Shown here: positions 39,028-51,499 of the stretch, piece by piece | Numbering within the stretch: position 1 is the first letter of the stretch | Layout: every line of letters starts with the position of its first letter | Source: Octopus vulgaris | Taxonomy: Eukaryota | NCBI GenBank assembly: GCA_951406725.2 | Contig: OX597837.1 | Span: forward strand, 33,604,001 to 33,668,000 | Reading direction: 5' to 3' | Length of the DNA stretch: 64,000 nucleotides | Position numbers and translations under genes: made by a program | The notes under the pieces: generated by a model | Told to the model about the DNA's origin: nothing | What the model saw: the letters and a program-made list of their open reading frames with translations, nothing else | Database searches by the model: none

Positions 39028-40180
39028 TTAAAACCCTTTTGTTACCATATTTCTGTTGAAATACACTGCCTTCGTTCCAATTAATTTTGAAAATAATGAG
39101 GAATTTATTGAAATAACTTTGGTTGTCTGGAACAAAAATTAGCATAAAATTTTAATGGAAGGTTTTCACTAAGATCACTTTAACCCTTTTGTTACCATAT
39201 TTCTGCTGAAATCCACAGCAATTAAATTTGAAAATAAGGAAGAATTTAGTAAAATAAATTTGTCGTTATTAATCTGGTGTTTGGAAATAACAAAATTTTG
39301 ATGGACGGTTTTCATTAAGATCACTTTAACCCTTTTGTTACCATATTTCTGCTGAAATCCACTGCAATTAAATTTGAAGATAATGAAGAATTTAGTAAAG
39401 TAACTTTGTCGTTATTAATCTGGTGTTTGGAAATAAATTAACATAAAATTTTGATGGAAGCTTTTCATTTAAATTACTTTAACCCTTTTGTTACCATATT
39501 TCTGTTGAAATACTTGGCTTTTCTTTCAATTAATTTTGAAAATATTGAAGAATTTGAAATAACTTTGGTTGTCTGGAACATGAATTAGCACAACATTTTG
39601 ACACAAGAACATTTTAATTTAGCTCACTTTAAAGAGTGAGTATCTACCTTAGAACCAGAGAGAGAGAGTCTCAGGTGAGAGTCTATTAATAGAAAAGGTA
39701 AATACCCATCAGTTGTCTCTCCTTGCCATTACCTGTCCTTAGCATTACAGTCATCTCTCTTATATATCCATCAGCTGATACCTTTTCATATACAACCTCC
39801 CTTAAATCACACCTACCATTTTAAGTCCTTTTGTTACCATGTTTCTGCTGAAATACTCTGCCTTCGTTTTAATTCATTTTGAAAATAATGAAGAATTTAG
39901 TCCAATAACTCTGTCATCTCTGGTGTTTGGAACAGAGCAGAAAATTCTGATTGAAGGTTTTCATTCATATCACTTCAACCCTTTTGTTACCATATTTCTG
40001 CTGAATTACACCACCTTTGTTTCAATTAATTTTAAAATTAATGAAGAATTTAGTCTGATAACTCTCATCTCTGGTGTTTGGGACATAAATTAACAGGAAA
40101 TAATTCCGATGGAAGGTTTTCATTTAGATATCTTCAACCCTGTTGTTACCATATTTTCTGCTGAATTTACTCTACCTTAT
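39028..40180 (+). repeat. Two head-to-tail arrays (4 and 3 units, ~150 bp) of the piggyBac-type MITE left end
   Basis: ttaacccttttgttaccatatttctg at about 39030, 39180, 39326, 39479, 39822, 39975 and 40133. Confidence 0.85.
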
Positions 40181-41094
40181 TAGCACTTGCCCACTAATTC
40201 CTCATCTAAGAAGAAATAGGTGCCAAAATTCCTCAAATCAAATTCCACAGCCTTGAAAAAAAAAAAAGAGGAAGAACATGTTAGTACTTCATCAGATCCC
40301 CCGTATGAAGACAAGATAGTCACAACTGGAATTAAACACACACACACACACTTTATCCAACTTGTCTGTGATTCTGTCAACAAATGCTTCCCATTCACTT
40401 CCTCCTGTTTGTCTTTGGAATCCATCCTGTTTTGAGGAACCTTAATTCCTCTGGCTTCTCTTATCACTAATTGCAACGATGCATTTATTTTACATCTCTG
40501 AATGAATGAACCTTCTGCTTCCTACCATCGTCATCATCATCATCTTGTCCCATCCCTCTCTTCCTCCAACTTTCTCTTATCCCCTTTCTCACTCACTCAC
40601 TCACTCACTCACTCTCACCATCTCTCCCTTCCTCTCTCAATCACACACTTGGTTTCCCTTTTCTCCATCTCACTCTTTTATCTCCTCTCTCACCCCCCCA
40701 CCCCACCCCCGCTGTTCCCCCCCCCATCTTCTGGTTCTAAATCTAGATATCGAGAAAGGATAGGCGCACTGCAAGAGCTTCCAACTTAATGCTGTTTCAA
40801 CTCTAATCTGCTCGCTAACATCACAAACTATCGATGATTCCTTCTCAAAAAAGGTTACAAAAAAGAAAATGGTTTTCGTTATTTTTTCATTTCACTTAAA
40901 ATCTTTCTATTTTTTTTTTCTTCTTTTTCTTGATATAAAATATTTTTTTTCTTTTCTTCACATGTAAATCTTCCTCAATAAAGACAAATTATTAATGGTA
41001 GCAGAAGCCATAAGCATGTGTGTGCATATGTATATACATATATAATCAGGATAGATTTGTGTATATGTGTGTGTTGATAATGTTTATATATATA

Positions 41095-41320
41095 GGCGCA
41101 ATGGCCTAGTGGTTAGGGCAGCGGACTCGCGGTCGCAGGATCGTGGTTTCGATTCTCAGACCGGGCATTGTGTGTGTTTATTGAGTGAAAACACCTAAAA
41201 GCTCTACGAGGCTCCGGCAGGGGGTGGTGATCCCTGCTGTACTCTTTCACCACAATGGCGGTGCCCCAGCATGGCCACAGCTCAAGAGCTGAAACTGGAA
41301 AAACAAAAACAAACAAAAAC
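41095..41320 (+). mobile_element. Chimeric SINE: family C head with family A-type tail
   Basis: C sequence up to ctctttcaccacaa, then ggcggtgccccagcatggccacagctcaagagctgaaac. Confidence 0.82.
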
Positions 41321-41491
41321 AATATATATGTATGTGTGTGTATATGTGTATGTATCTATAATGTATATGTATGTGTGCCTGTAATGTATATATATGTGTG
41401 TATGTGTCTAATGTATATGTGTGTGTGCCTGTAATGTATATATATATATGTGTGTGTGTGTCTATATATAGTATATGTGTGTATATAATCT

Positions 41492-41790
41492 ATGGGCCGA
41501 CCAAAGCCTTGTGAGTGGATTTGGTAGATGGAAACTGGAAGAAGCCTGTTGTATGTATGTATGTATTTGTGTGTGTGTGTGTATGTTTGTTCCCCCGCCA
41601 TAGCTTGATAACTGATGCTGGTATGTTTATGTCCGTGTAACTTGGCAGTTCAGCAAAAGAGACTGATAGAATAAGTACTAAGCTTACAAAGAATAAATCC
41701 TGGGGTCAATTTCTTCGACTAACACCCTTTAAGGTGGTGCTCCAGCATGGCCACAGTCAAATGACTGAAACAAGTAAGAATAAAAGAATA
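41492..41790 (+). mobile_element. SINE family A, 5'-truncated
   Basis: Body and tail align to family A. Confidence 0.85.
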
Positions 41791-42088
41791 TATTGTCCAA
41801 AATCCTGCAGTAGGGGTGAGGGAAGAGGAGAGAAAATAGTAATTCAGTGAAGGAGAAGTAGTGAGAGTAACAGCCATGAGTGAGAGGGGGAGGAGAGAAA
41901 GTAATAGCAATAAGAGAGAGGAAGTGGCAAAGAGAGCATTGTGTATCTTCTATAATAATACTCTTGTGTATTTCTCCATCACAACACATGAATGAGAAAG
42001 GAAGGGATGATCCACGGATGGAAGTGGAACGGTGAAAAGTCAACAGTGAAACAAAAAATCAAACAGCACTTCAACTCTGTGTGAGTGT

Positions 42089-42311
42089 AGTTAGTTAGTT
42101 AGTTCATTTTTTGGCTCAAAAAGCAAAAAGCAAGGCCATGTAGGGGGACATGGAGTTGAGTACAGGGTGGTGTTCATGTAAAGAGTTCAGGCCATTTCTG
42201 GTCAAGGGAGACCTTGAACCGAGCAGTCGTCGGCATCTTCACTATCTCGTCTGGCAGATTATTCCACAGATCCGCAACCCGGACGGAGAAAGCCCCTCTC
42301 CTTCGATTGAG
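42089..42311 (-). mobile_element. CR1-type LINE 3' fragment with (CTAA)n tail
   Basis: Minus strand encodes LNRRRGAFSVRVADLWNNLPDEIVKMPTTARFKVSLDQKWPELFT*. Confidence 0.87.
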
Positions 42312-42532
42312 GTGTGTGTGTGTAAAAGGGAGGAATGTGAATGTGTGTGTATGTAAAATATATTTGAGTGAGTGTATATGTGTTTATGTTTATTTAGAAA
42401 GATACAAAGAGGGAAAATAGAATTACAGACACACGCATTTACACCCAGGAAGGAAGCGGACTGTGGGAAGGTATTGAAAACCGTGTTCGCTACAGAGCGT
42501 GCTACTCATACATATAAATGTATACATATTGA

Positions 42533-42762
42533 AGGCGGCGAGCTGGCAGAGACGTTACACTCCGGGCGAAATGCCTAGCCGTATTTCGTCTGTCTTTACG
42601 TTCTGAGTTCAAATTCCGCCAAGGTCGACTTTGCCTTTCATCCTTTCAAGATTGATAAATTAAGTACCAGTTACGCACTGGGGTCGATATAATCGACTTA
42701 ATCCCTTTGTCTGTCCTTGTTTGTCCCCTCTGTGTTTAGCCCCTTGTGGGTAGTAAAGAAAT
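42533..42762 (+). mobile_element. SINE family B, full length
   Basis: TSD atataaatgtatacatat on both sides. Confidence 0.92.
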
Positions 42763-43281
42763 ATATAAATGTATACATATGCACGCACACACACATGCAC
42801 AGAGTTGAAGCACTGTTTGATTTTTATTCACCTTTCTGTACCCTTTTTATGTATAAAATACTACAATTAGCCCTCATTTTTGACAGCACAGGGTCAGCTA
42901 GTTTATATATAATGATAACAATGAACAATATGAAAAAATACAGCGGATGAGGGACATGGAGAGATTCTAAACATTTTAGGCACTAGTCCATCATTGGGAT
43001 AAGAGTAGAGTGAAAAAGAAAGAAAGTGGTTGGACAGCTGTAAAGAACAGACAAAGCAAACGGTAACTGTGTGCTGTTGTGGGAGCACAGCAAAATTGGT
43101 GACTGTTTCATTGACTGGAATGGACTGTGGAGAGGGCAGGGTGTAGCATGTAGAGAGAGAAGCAGTGTTGTGAACAGAGTTCATGCTGAGGGATGGTGCG
43201 TGGGTATAAGATAGAGAAGGGGTCCTTAGTATAGAGAAGTGTGTCAAGGATGTAGGATAGCCAGGATTTGTTGGTGTAGAT

Positions 43282-44165
43282 TAGGGGTTTTCAACCTGGG
43301 TCCATGTGACCTTTAGAGGTCCAGATAAGATTTTGTTGTTGAAGTCTATGTGTAATAAATCAGCTATACTTCTACAATACACAAAGCATTTTAACTATTT
43401 TGTGTATAGAGGGATGTGCAAAAGTAGGTATACAGTTATGAAAAAAGAAAACCTGTACAATACTCGTTTCTTTTTATTAAAAAAAATTATGTTGCGATAA
43501 AAGTATTATTAGGCGCAGGAATGGCTGTGTGGTAAGTAGCTTGCTAACCAACCACATGGTTTCAGGTTCAGTCCCACTGTGTGGCACGTTGAACAAGTGT
43601 CTTCTATTATCGCCTCAGGCCGACCACAGCCTTGTGAGTGGATTTGGTAGATGGAAACTGAAAGAAGCCAGTCGTATATATATATGTGTGTATATATATA
43701 TATGTTTGTATGTCTGTGTTTGTCCTCCCAACATCGCTTGACAACCAATGCTGGTGTGTTTACGCCCCCTGTAACTTAACGGTTCAGCAACAAGAGACCG
43801 ATAAGTACTAGGCTTACAAAGAATAAGTCATGGGGTCGATTTGCTCAACTAAATGTGGTGCTCCAGCTTGACTGCAGTCAAACGACTGAAACAAGTAAAA
43901 GAATAAAAGAAAAAGAATAGGACACGGAAAATATCAAAAATGAAGTGAACTTAATTCTTTTGATAAAAATAAATGAGTATTGTACATGGTTTTTGTTTTT
44001 CATAAATGTATATCTACTTTTGCACACACACACCTGTATAAAATTCCTAATAATATTTAATCAGGAAAATAGGATTTTTTAAAAATATCAAATGTCTATG
44101 AGGGTCCAATGGGGTAAAATTGGAATCAAAGGGGTCCAATGGCAAGAGATGGTTAAAGACCACTG
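43282..44165. mobile_element. hAT-like MITE interrupted by a SINE
   Basis: Ends taggggttttcaacc / ggttaaagaccactg; related to 57662-57905 and 63410-63790. Confidence 0.6.
43512..43920 (+). mobile_element. SINE family A, full length
   Basis: ggcgcagg head through to the aaagaat tail. Confidence 0.9.
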
Positions 44166-44779
44166 GTAGAAATCTGTAAAAATGAAAGTGTTATAGTATA
44201 ATGAGAAGACTGTGGATTTAGTGTTTGGATTGGGTGGGTGTAGAGAAGAGAGGTTGGTATAGAAGATGAAGAGAAGTGAAAGGAAATGGTATGTGAAAGA
44301 GGCAAAAATATCCTCTGTTCAGCTGACTTGCTTTATGATAAACTTCACATTACCTTATTTTTCTCTCTCGTTTTTCTTTTGCTCTTTGCCTTTCCCTTCA
44401 ACTAATCAGGTGAAGGCTAAGTAATGCAGGCTGTCATGGTAACCTCACTAGTGCTGGTGCTATGATAAAACCCTCTTCTTACCAACCCATCTGTGACACC
44501 CACTGGTTTTGTGATAGAAATTTCCTGTTTTAATGTGAACCAAATTAAAACCTACCATCAAAATTTCCTGTTATGTTCCAAACACCAGATTAATAACGAC
44601 AGTTATTTTTGTAAATTCTTCATTATTTTCAAAATGAATTGAAACAAAACCAAAGTATTTCAACAGAATATGGTAACAAAAGGGTTAAAGTGATCTAAAT
44701 TAAAATCTTCCATCAAAATTTCATGTTTATTTATGACCCAAACATCAGCTTAATACTGACAGTTATTTTATAAAATTCT

Positions 44780-45310
44780 ACATTGCAACGTGCAACCAAA
44801 AGAATACCCTCCATCAGGCATTTGCCATATCCTGAACGCCTTTCTTCCCTGGGCATGGACACATTGAAACTCCGACGTCTGGCAGCTGACTTGGCAGACA
44901 CCCATAAAATTATCAACCATCGTACAAACAATAACTCTGAGCACCTTTTCAAACTCCACCCATCTAACACCTGTGGACATATTTACAAAGTAAGAAAACA
45001 GCACAGCTCCCATGACTTTCGGAAACATTTTTTCACGCTGAGAGTTGCTGAAGCATGGAACAAACTGCCAGCATCGGTTGTTAGTTGTCGGAGCACTGCA
45101 TCCTTCAAAACTTCCATGCTTCCTGAGATTCGCCAACACTACACTTGATTTTCTCCCCTCCATACACACACAAGCATGTATCTGACTCATACACTGTTTG
45201 CTTTCCAGGCATTTCTACATTACTGCATGTACTTTATATGCACTTTCTGACAAGTTGTGGTGCACCTGAGCACTGTATACAATAATTTCATTATTATTAT
45301 TATTATTATT
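44780..45310 (+). mobile_element. 5'-truncated CR1-type LINE with 3' UTR and (ATT)n tail
   Basis: Imperfect 17-bp TSD ttattttataaaattct (44763-44779) and ttattttagtaaattct (45309-45325). Confidence 0.9.
44783..45148 (+). pseudogene. C-terminal fragment of CR1-clade LINE ORF2 (downstream of the RT domain)
   Basis: QRATKRIPSIRHLPYPERLSSLGMDTLKLRRLAADL...GHIYKV...RKHFFTLRVAEAWNKLP is the CR1 ORF2 C-terminal signature. Confidence 0.9.
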
Positions 45311-45973
45311 ATTTTAGTAAATTCTTCATTATTTTTCAAAATCAATTGAAAGAAAGGCAGTGAATGTCAGCGGAAATATGGCAACAAAAGGGTTAATGAT
45401 TAAATTAAAACTTTCCATCAAAATGTCATGTTAATTTATTATCCAAACACCATTATAATAATGACAGACTTATTTTACTAAATTCTTCAATATTTTTCAA
45501 AATTAATTGAAACAAAGGCAATGTATTTGAAGAGAAATATGGTAACAAAATGATTAATTTTCACTGATGTCCCAACAACCAAAAAATAATAAAATTTGAT
45601 ATCATTTTCAATTTTTTTCTTCTATCATTTAAATTTGATATCATTCTTTTTTTCTTTCATTTAAATTCATTCGTTCTCAATTTCTTTCATTTAAATTCAT
45701 CATTCTCAATTTTTTTGTCATTTAAATTTGATATCATTCTCACATTTTTTTTTATCATTTAAAATTATTTTTGTTTTATTTATTGGTATTCAACGTTTAA
45801 ATTTGAATGACATTCTCTGCCGTGTCTGTTAAATACCTTAACACAATTCCTCAGTATCGAGAGCAAACATGAAGTGACTATCCTCGGTGGACTGAATGAA
45901 TTTATAGTCAAATTTTATGGGCCAACTGGCAGTGAGTATGATGGTTCTCTTCTCTTTTCATTCCTTGATACAC

Positions 45974-46310
45974 ATCATCATCATCGTTTAACGTCCGTTT
46001 TCCGCGCTAGCACGGGTTGGACGGTTCAACCGGGGTCTGGGAAGCCAGGGGCTGCTCCAGGCTCCAGTCTGATCTGGCAGAGTTTCTACGGCTGGATGCC
46101 CTTCCTAACGCCAACCACTCCACGAGTGTAGTGGGTGCTTTTTACGTGCCACCTGCACAGGTGCCAGGGGGGTCCGGCATCGGTCAAGATTGGTTGGAGC
46201 TTTTAACATGCCAGCGGCACTGAAGCCAGCCAAGGCGGTGCTGGCAACGTTCGGATGGTCTTTTTTTATGTGCCACCGGCACAGGGGCCAGTCAGGGCGG
46301 CGCTGGCATT
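45974..46310 (-). mobile_element. Family D (RTE-like 3' end)
   Basis: (cat)n-cgtttaacgtccg tail with subrepeats. Confidence 0.82.
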
Positions 46311-46314
46311 AAAC

Positions 46315-47835
46315 ATAAAACAACCTTGCCTGGACTTGTGCCTCAGAGGGTAACTTTCTAGGTGCAATCCCATGGTCATTCATGACTGAAGGGGGTCTTT
46401 ACCCTTTACCCTATGTACATATAGTGGTGCAGAGAGGGGAGGCTGGTATGCATGGGTGACTGCTGGTCCTCCATAAACAACCTTTCCTGGACTTGTGCCT
46501 CAGAGGGTAACTTTCTAGGTGCAATCCCATGGTCATTCATGACTGAAGAGGGTCTTTACCCTTTACCCTATGTACATATAGTGGTGCAGAGAGGGAGGCT
46601 GGTATGCATGGGTGACTGCTAGTCCTCCATAAACAACCTTGCCTGGACTTGTGCCTCAGAGGGTAACTTTCTAGGTGCAATCCCATGGTCATTCATGACT
46701 GAAGGGGGTCTTTACCCTTTACCCTATGTACATATAGTGGTGCAGAGAGGGGAGGCTGGTATGCATGGGTGACTGCTAGTCCTCCATAAACAACCTTGCC
46801 TGGACTTGTGCCTCAGAGGGTAACTTTCTAGGTGCAATCCCATGGTCATTCGTGACTGAAGGGTGTCTTTACCCTTTACCCTATGTACATATAGTGGTGC
46901 AGAGAGGGGAGGCTGGTATGCATGGGTGACTGCTAGTCCTCCATAAACAACCTTGCCTGGACATGTACCTCAGAGGGTAACTTTCTAGGTGCAATCCCAT
47001 GGTCATTCATGACTGAAGGAGGTCTTTACCGTTTACCCTATGTACATATAGTGGTGCAGAGAGGGGAGGCTGGTATGCATGGGTGACTGCTAGTCCTCCA
47101 TAAACAACCTTGCCTGGACTTGTGCCTCAGAGGGTAACTTTCTAGGTGCAATCCCATGGTCATTCATGACTGAAGGGGGTCTTTACCCTTTACCCTTTAC
47201 CCTATGTACATATAGTGGTGCAGAGAGGGGAGGCTGGTATGCATGGGTGACTGCTAGTCCTCCATAAACAACCTTGCCTGGACTTGTGCCTCAGAGGGCA
47301 ACTTTCTAGGTGCAATCCCATGGTCATTCATGACTGAAGGGGGTTTTTACCCTATGTACATATAGTGGTGCAGAGAGGGGAGGCTGGTGTGCATGGGCGA
47401 CTGCTGGTCCTCCATAAACAACCTTGCCTGGACTTGTGCATCAGAGGGTAACTTTCTATGTGCAATCCCATGGTCATTCATGACTGAAGGGGGTCTTTAC
47501 CCTTTACCCTATGTACATATAGTGGTGCAGAGAGGGGAGGCTGGTATGCATGGGTGACTGCTGGTCCTCCATAAACAACCTTGCCTGGACTTGTGCCTCA
47601 GAGGGCAACTTTCTAGGTGCAATCCCATGGTCATTCATGACTGAAGGGGGTCTTTACCCGTTACCCTATGTACATATAGTGGTGCAGAGAGGGGAGGCTG
47701 GTATGCATGGGTGACTGCTGGTCCTCCATAAACAACCTTGCCTGGACTTGTGCCTCAGAGGGTAACTTTCTAGGTGTAATTCCATGGTCATTCATGACCA
47801 AAGGGGGTAGGAGGGGGGTCTTTCCCTTTTACTCT
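46315..47835 (+). repeat. 157-bp tandem array (about 9.6 units) derived from a SINE 3' end
   Basis: caacctt starts at 46321, 46478, 46634, 46791, 46948, 47105, 47269, 47419, 47576 and 47733. Confidence 0.95.
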
Positions 47836-48431
47836 TTGGAAGCTGGTGAGAGTTGGTGACAGGAAAGGCACCTGGCTGTAGAAAATCTGCCTCAACTAAT
47901 TCTGTCAGACTCCTGCAAGCATGGAAAAGTGGATGCTAAATGGTGGGGGATGATGACGCCAACTCCACAAAATGTTGACCGTTTCATCATTGCCAAAACC
48001 ACACTCCAAAGATAGCATCTTTATTGTTATTCTAACCAATTTCTCTCTTGTTTTATTCTCAAGTTTCCCCCCCCCCTCTCTCTTCCGTCTTTCAGCCATG
48101 GTCACCCACGTTTCAGCTAATTTTCTTGTGGACAACACTTCACGCTCCACCCTCACATTTCTCTTCAAGTGGTGCTTGAAAAAGAAAAAGTCAAGGCTTT
48201 TTAGTCAAAAGAGGAAAAAACACTAGCTTTGTTCTTATCTACCACCTACCATTGCCATGACCACCAAACAAGAAAACTACCAACCAATACTCCCTCTAGT
48301 TTTTAGTAGCTAGTTAATGTGTGCACAAACGTCTTCTGTTTATTTTTGTTTACTTTCTCAATGACAAAAGTGTGTCTGCACCGAATCATGTAAATATAGA
48401 CTTGAAATAGTATCAAAATATATACTAACAT

Positions 48432-48798
48432 GGAAGCACAATGGCCCAGTGGTTAGGGCAGCAGACTCACAGTTGTGGGATTGCGGTTTCAATTCCCAGA
48501 CCAGGCGTTGAGTGTTTATTGAGTGAAAACATCTAAAACTCCATGAGACTCCAGCAGGGGGTGGTGGCGAACCCTACTGTACTCCTTCACCACGACTTCC
48601 CCTCACTCTTTCTTCCTGTTTCTGTTCTACCTGTATTTCAAAGGGGGCCAGCCTCGTCACACTGAATCTCCCCAAGAGCTACGTTAAGGGTACACGTGTC
48701 TGTGGAGTACTCAGCCACTTGCACATTAATTTCATGAGCAGGCTGTTCCATTGATCAGATCATCTGGAACCCTCGTCGTCGTAACTGATGGAGTGCCA
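48432..48798 (+). mobile_element. SINE family C, older full-length copy
   Basis: TSD aatatatacta on both sides. Confidence 0.88.
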
Positions 48799-49764
48799 CG
48801 TTAATATATACTAGCAGGACCCATGAACATTTCACGGAATTAATGGTAAACTTATTGGGTTATTTCTGAAAACTTTGTCCCAAAACCCTGAAATCATAGC
48901 CTGTGTTGTGTTTGTATGGAAAGATAATTGTTCATCTGCTAATCATTTAAAAGTGTAAGAAATTGGAATACGATGGTTACCTGATGCACTTCATATATAT
49001 ATATACATTTTATATACTTTACGCACAATTTTATGGACTCAATACACAGCACTCTCCCTCTTCGTATTACCTTATTTTTCTCTCTCGTTTTTCTTTTGCT
49101 CTTAGCCTTTCCCTTCAACTAATCAGGTGAAGGCTAAGTAATGCAGGCTGTCATGGTAACCTCACTAGTGCTGGTGCTATGATAAAAGTACCCAGTATAT
49201 GGCTTGCATCATGCTTAAATCAGAAAGTGTTGTTATTCTTATTATTTCTAGGAGTCTTGTCTTGCAAGTTACTTGGTGACCTCATTGGTGCTGGTGCCAC
49301 ATAAAAAGAACCTACCATACTCTGTGAAGTGGTTGGTGGCACCTAGCCATAGAAACCATACCAAAGCTGACACTGGAATATGACACTGTCTTTAGAGCTG
49401 TCAGATCCTTCCAAACCATCCAACCCATGGATGGTAGGCAAACATTAAGTGATGATGATATTTAATCCAGATTTGTTTTCCTATAAAATCTGAATAAGCT
49501 GTCTGCAGAATTTAAAACATTTTCTTCGTAAAGTCTACAATGCTCTCTGCCAGACATGACAGCAGCTGGACAAAGCTGAAGAGGAGAGATAAAGTGATGA
49601 GAATTAGCGATGGGCAGATGTGTGCTGTTTGAACACAACTGGAAGAAACAGCATAGTAATTAACAGCGACAACGGTTTGCTAAGAGATTACGTCCAGTGT
49701 TTGTTTGTTTATGTCTGTTTTCCCATGCTGGCATGGATTAGACAAATATATTATCGAGACTATA

Positions 49765-49996
49765 AAGGTGGCGAGCTGGCGGAAACGTTAGCGCGCCGGG
49801 TGAAATGCTAAGTGGTATTTCGTCTGTCGTTACGTTCTGAGTTCAAATTCCGCCGAGGTCGACTTTGCCTTTCATCCTTTCGGGGTCGATAAATAAAGTA
49901 CCAGTTACGCACTGGGGTCGATGTAATCGACTTAATCCGTGTGTCTGTCCTTGTTTGTCTCCTCTGTGTTTAGCCCCTTGTGGGTAGTAAAGAAAT
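49765..49996 (+). mobile_element. SINE family B, full length
   Basis: TSD atatattatcgagact on both sides. Confidence 0.92.
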
Positions 49997-50197
49997 ATAT
50001 ATTATCGAGACTTCGTTTTAAAACTGGATGTCTTTCCTGTTTCTAGCCCTTATTTTCCAACTAAGGGACCTCTTATTTTAAATGCCTTTGAAGGCACAAA
50101 GTGAGAAGGCAATTTGTTGACAGGAGAAATGACACCACCACCCCTGCTGGTAGTTCGTATTTAACATTTGCCCTTCTCAAAAGAAATCGCAAAGACA

Positions 50198-50245
<48 letters not shown>

Positions 50246-51499
50246 TCACCATTATTTAATGTCCATGTTCCATGCTGGCATAGGTTGGGCAGTTTGACAA
50301 GGATCTGATGAATCAAAGGCCTGCATTGTCTGTTGCGCCATGGTTTTCTACAGCTGGATGCCCTTCCTAATGCCAACCACTTTACAGAGTGTACGGGATA
50401 CTTTTTTTTATGTTTTTGTGCCACTGGCACTATTAAAGTCACCCTGTAGCTTGTAAGTCAGCAAACCCAGGGGCGGAGGCTGTTGCTTCTGCATGCTAGA
50501 TAAGAGTTAAGGCATGAGGGAAGAGGTTGGGTCAGAGCAGGTTCATGCAGAGGCGCTGCATGGCTACTCACATTTAGGAGAGAGAGAGGGAGCAAGAATG
50601 AATTAGAGGTATATCCAAGGAGATAGACAGTGGTGATGCAGTGTCCAGGTGGCAGGAGAAGTGGTGGATGGGGAGAATGGGGCAAGAGTGTAAGAGGTGG
50701 GGGAGGGAAGTTGACAACGTCTGAGGAAGGATTGAGCTGGTGGAGAAGCACCAAGAAATTCAATAATCCTTATTTCTAAGGTGAGCAGCAGAAATTGTAG
50801 AATATTGGAGTAAATATTCAGCTTCATTCCTTTGTGTTATTGAATTTGACTTTGATCTGTCATCTCTCTAGAGGTCAATAAAATCTGTACCAGTCATTGA
50901 CTGGTGCTAATGGCCAGTGCAAATTGACCATGCCTCCTCCCGTCTTACAAATTTGTGACCTTGTGCTCAATGCAAAGAATCTTAATGCAATTTCCATTAA
51001 GACCTAAAACTAAAACATTTGGGTATGAAAATTCTTCAGAATCTGATTAGAGATCTCTGTTGTAATTACTTGTTAATTGAGTAGAGTTAATGAACGTCTT
51101 AATGGCTGTCTTTGCTTTCCACAGTCCAGTCTGGCGTTGGTCAGTTTTGTGACATCTTGGTTACCACTCTGGACTGTTTGTTTATTTTGCTGATCAATGA
51201 ATGAATGGAATCTCTACGTGTGTGTGCTCATCTTGCTAAAAATAGCAGCCAGATCTGTCCGCCCCAAATCACTCTCTGTTCCAAGGAAAAGAAGAGTATT
51301 GGATAATGATGATTATGTAATGCCTGATGAGAGGTTAATATAGCCCAGGGCTATATTATGTAATATATGGTGTCTCTTTGATCATAAGTTTGCACAATCG
51401 ACGCTGAATTAGGAAGGAGACTCACAAAGAAAGAACACCATCTCTACCACCACCATCACAGATGTGAGCTTTCTTTACTTTTTACTCCTCAGTAGCAAA

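Larger units (their letters stand above)
44471..45556 (-). mobile_element. piggyBac-type MITE plus two tandem end units, one hosting a CR1 insertion
   Basis: ggtaacaaaagggttaa-like ends at about 44688, 45396 and 45556. Confidence 0.78.

Noticed and set aside
40180-40476. Minus-strand ORF containing MDSKDKQEEVNGKHLL
   Set aside because: Runs into (TG)n and a repeat, has weak splice signals and no homology I can recognise
42900-43250. Possible highly decayed LINE coding relic (also 50460-50760)
   Set aside because: No diagnostic RT or endonuclease motif readable by eye; needs a translated search
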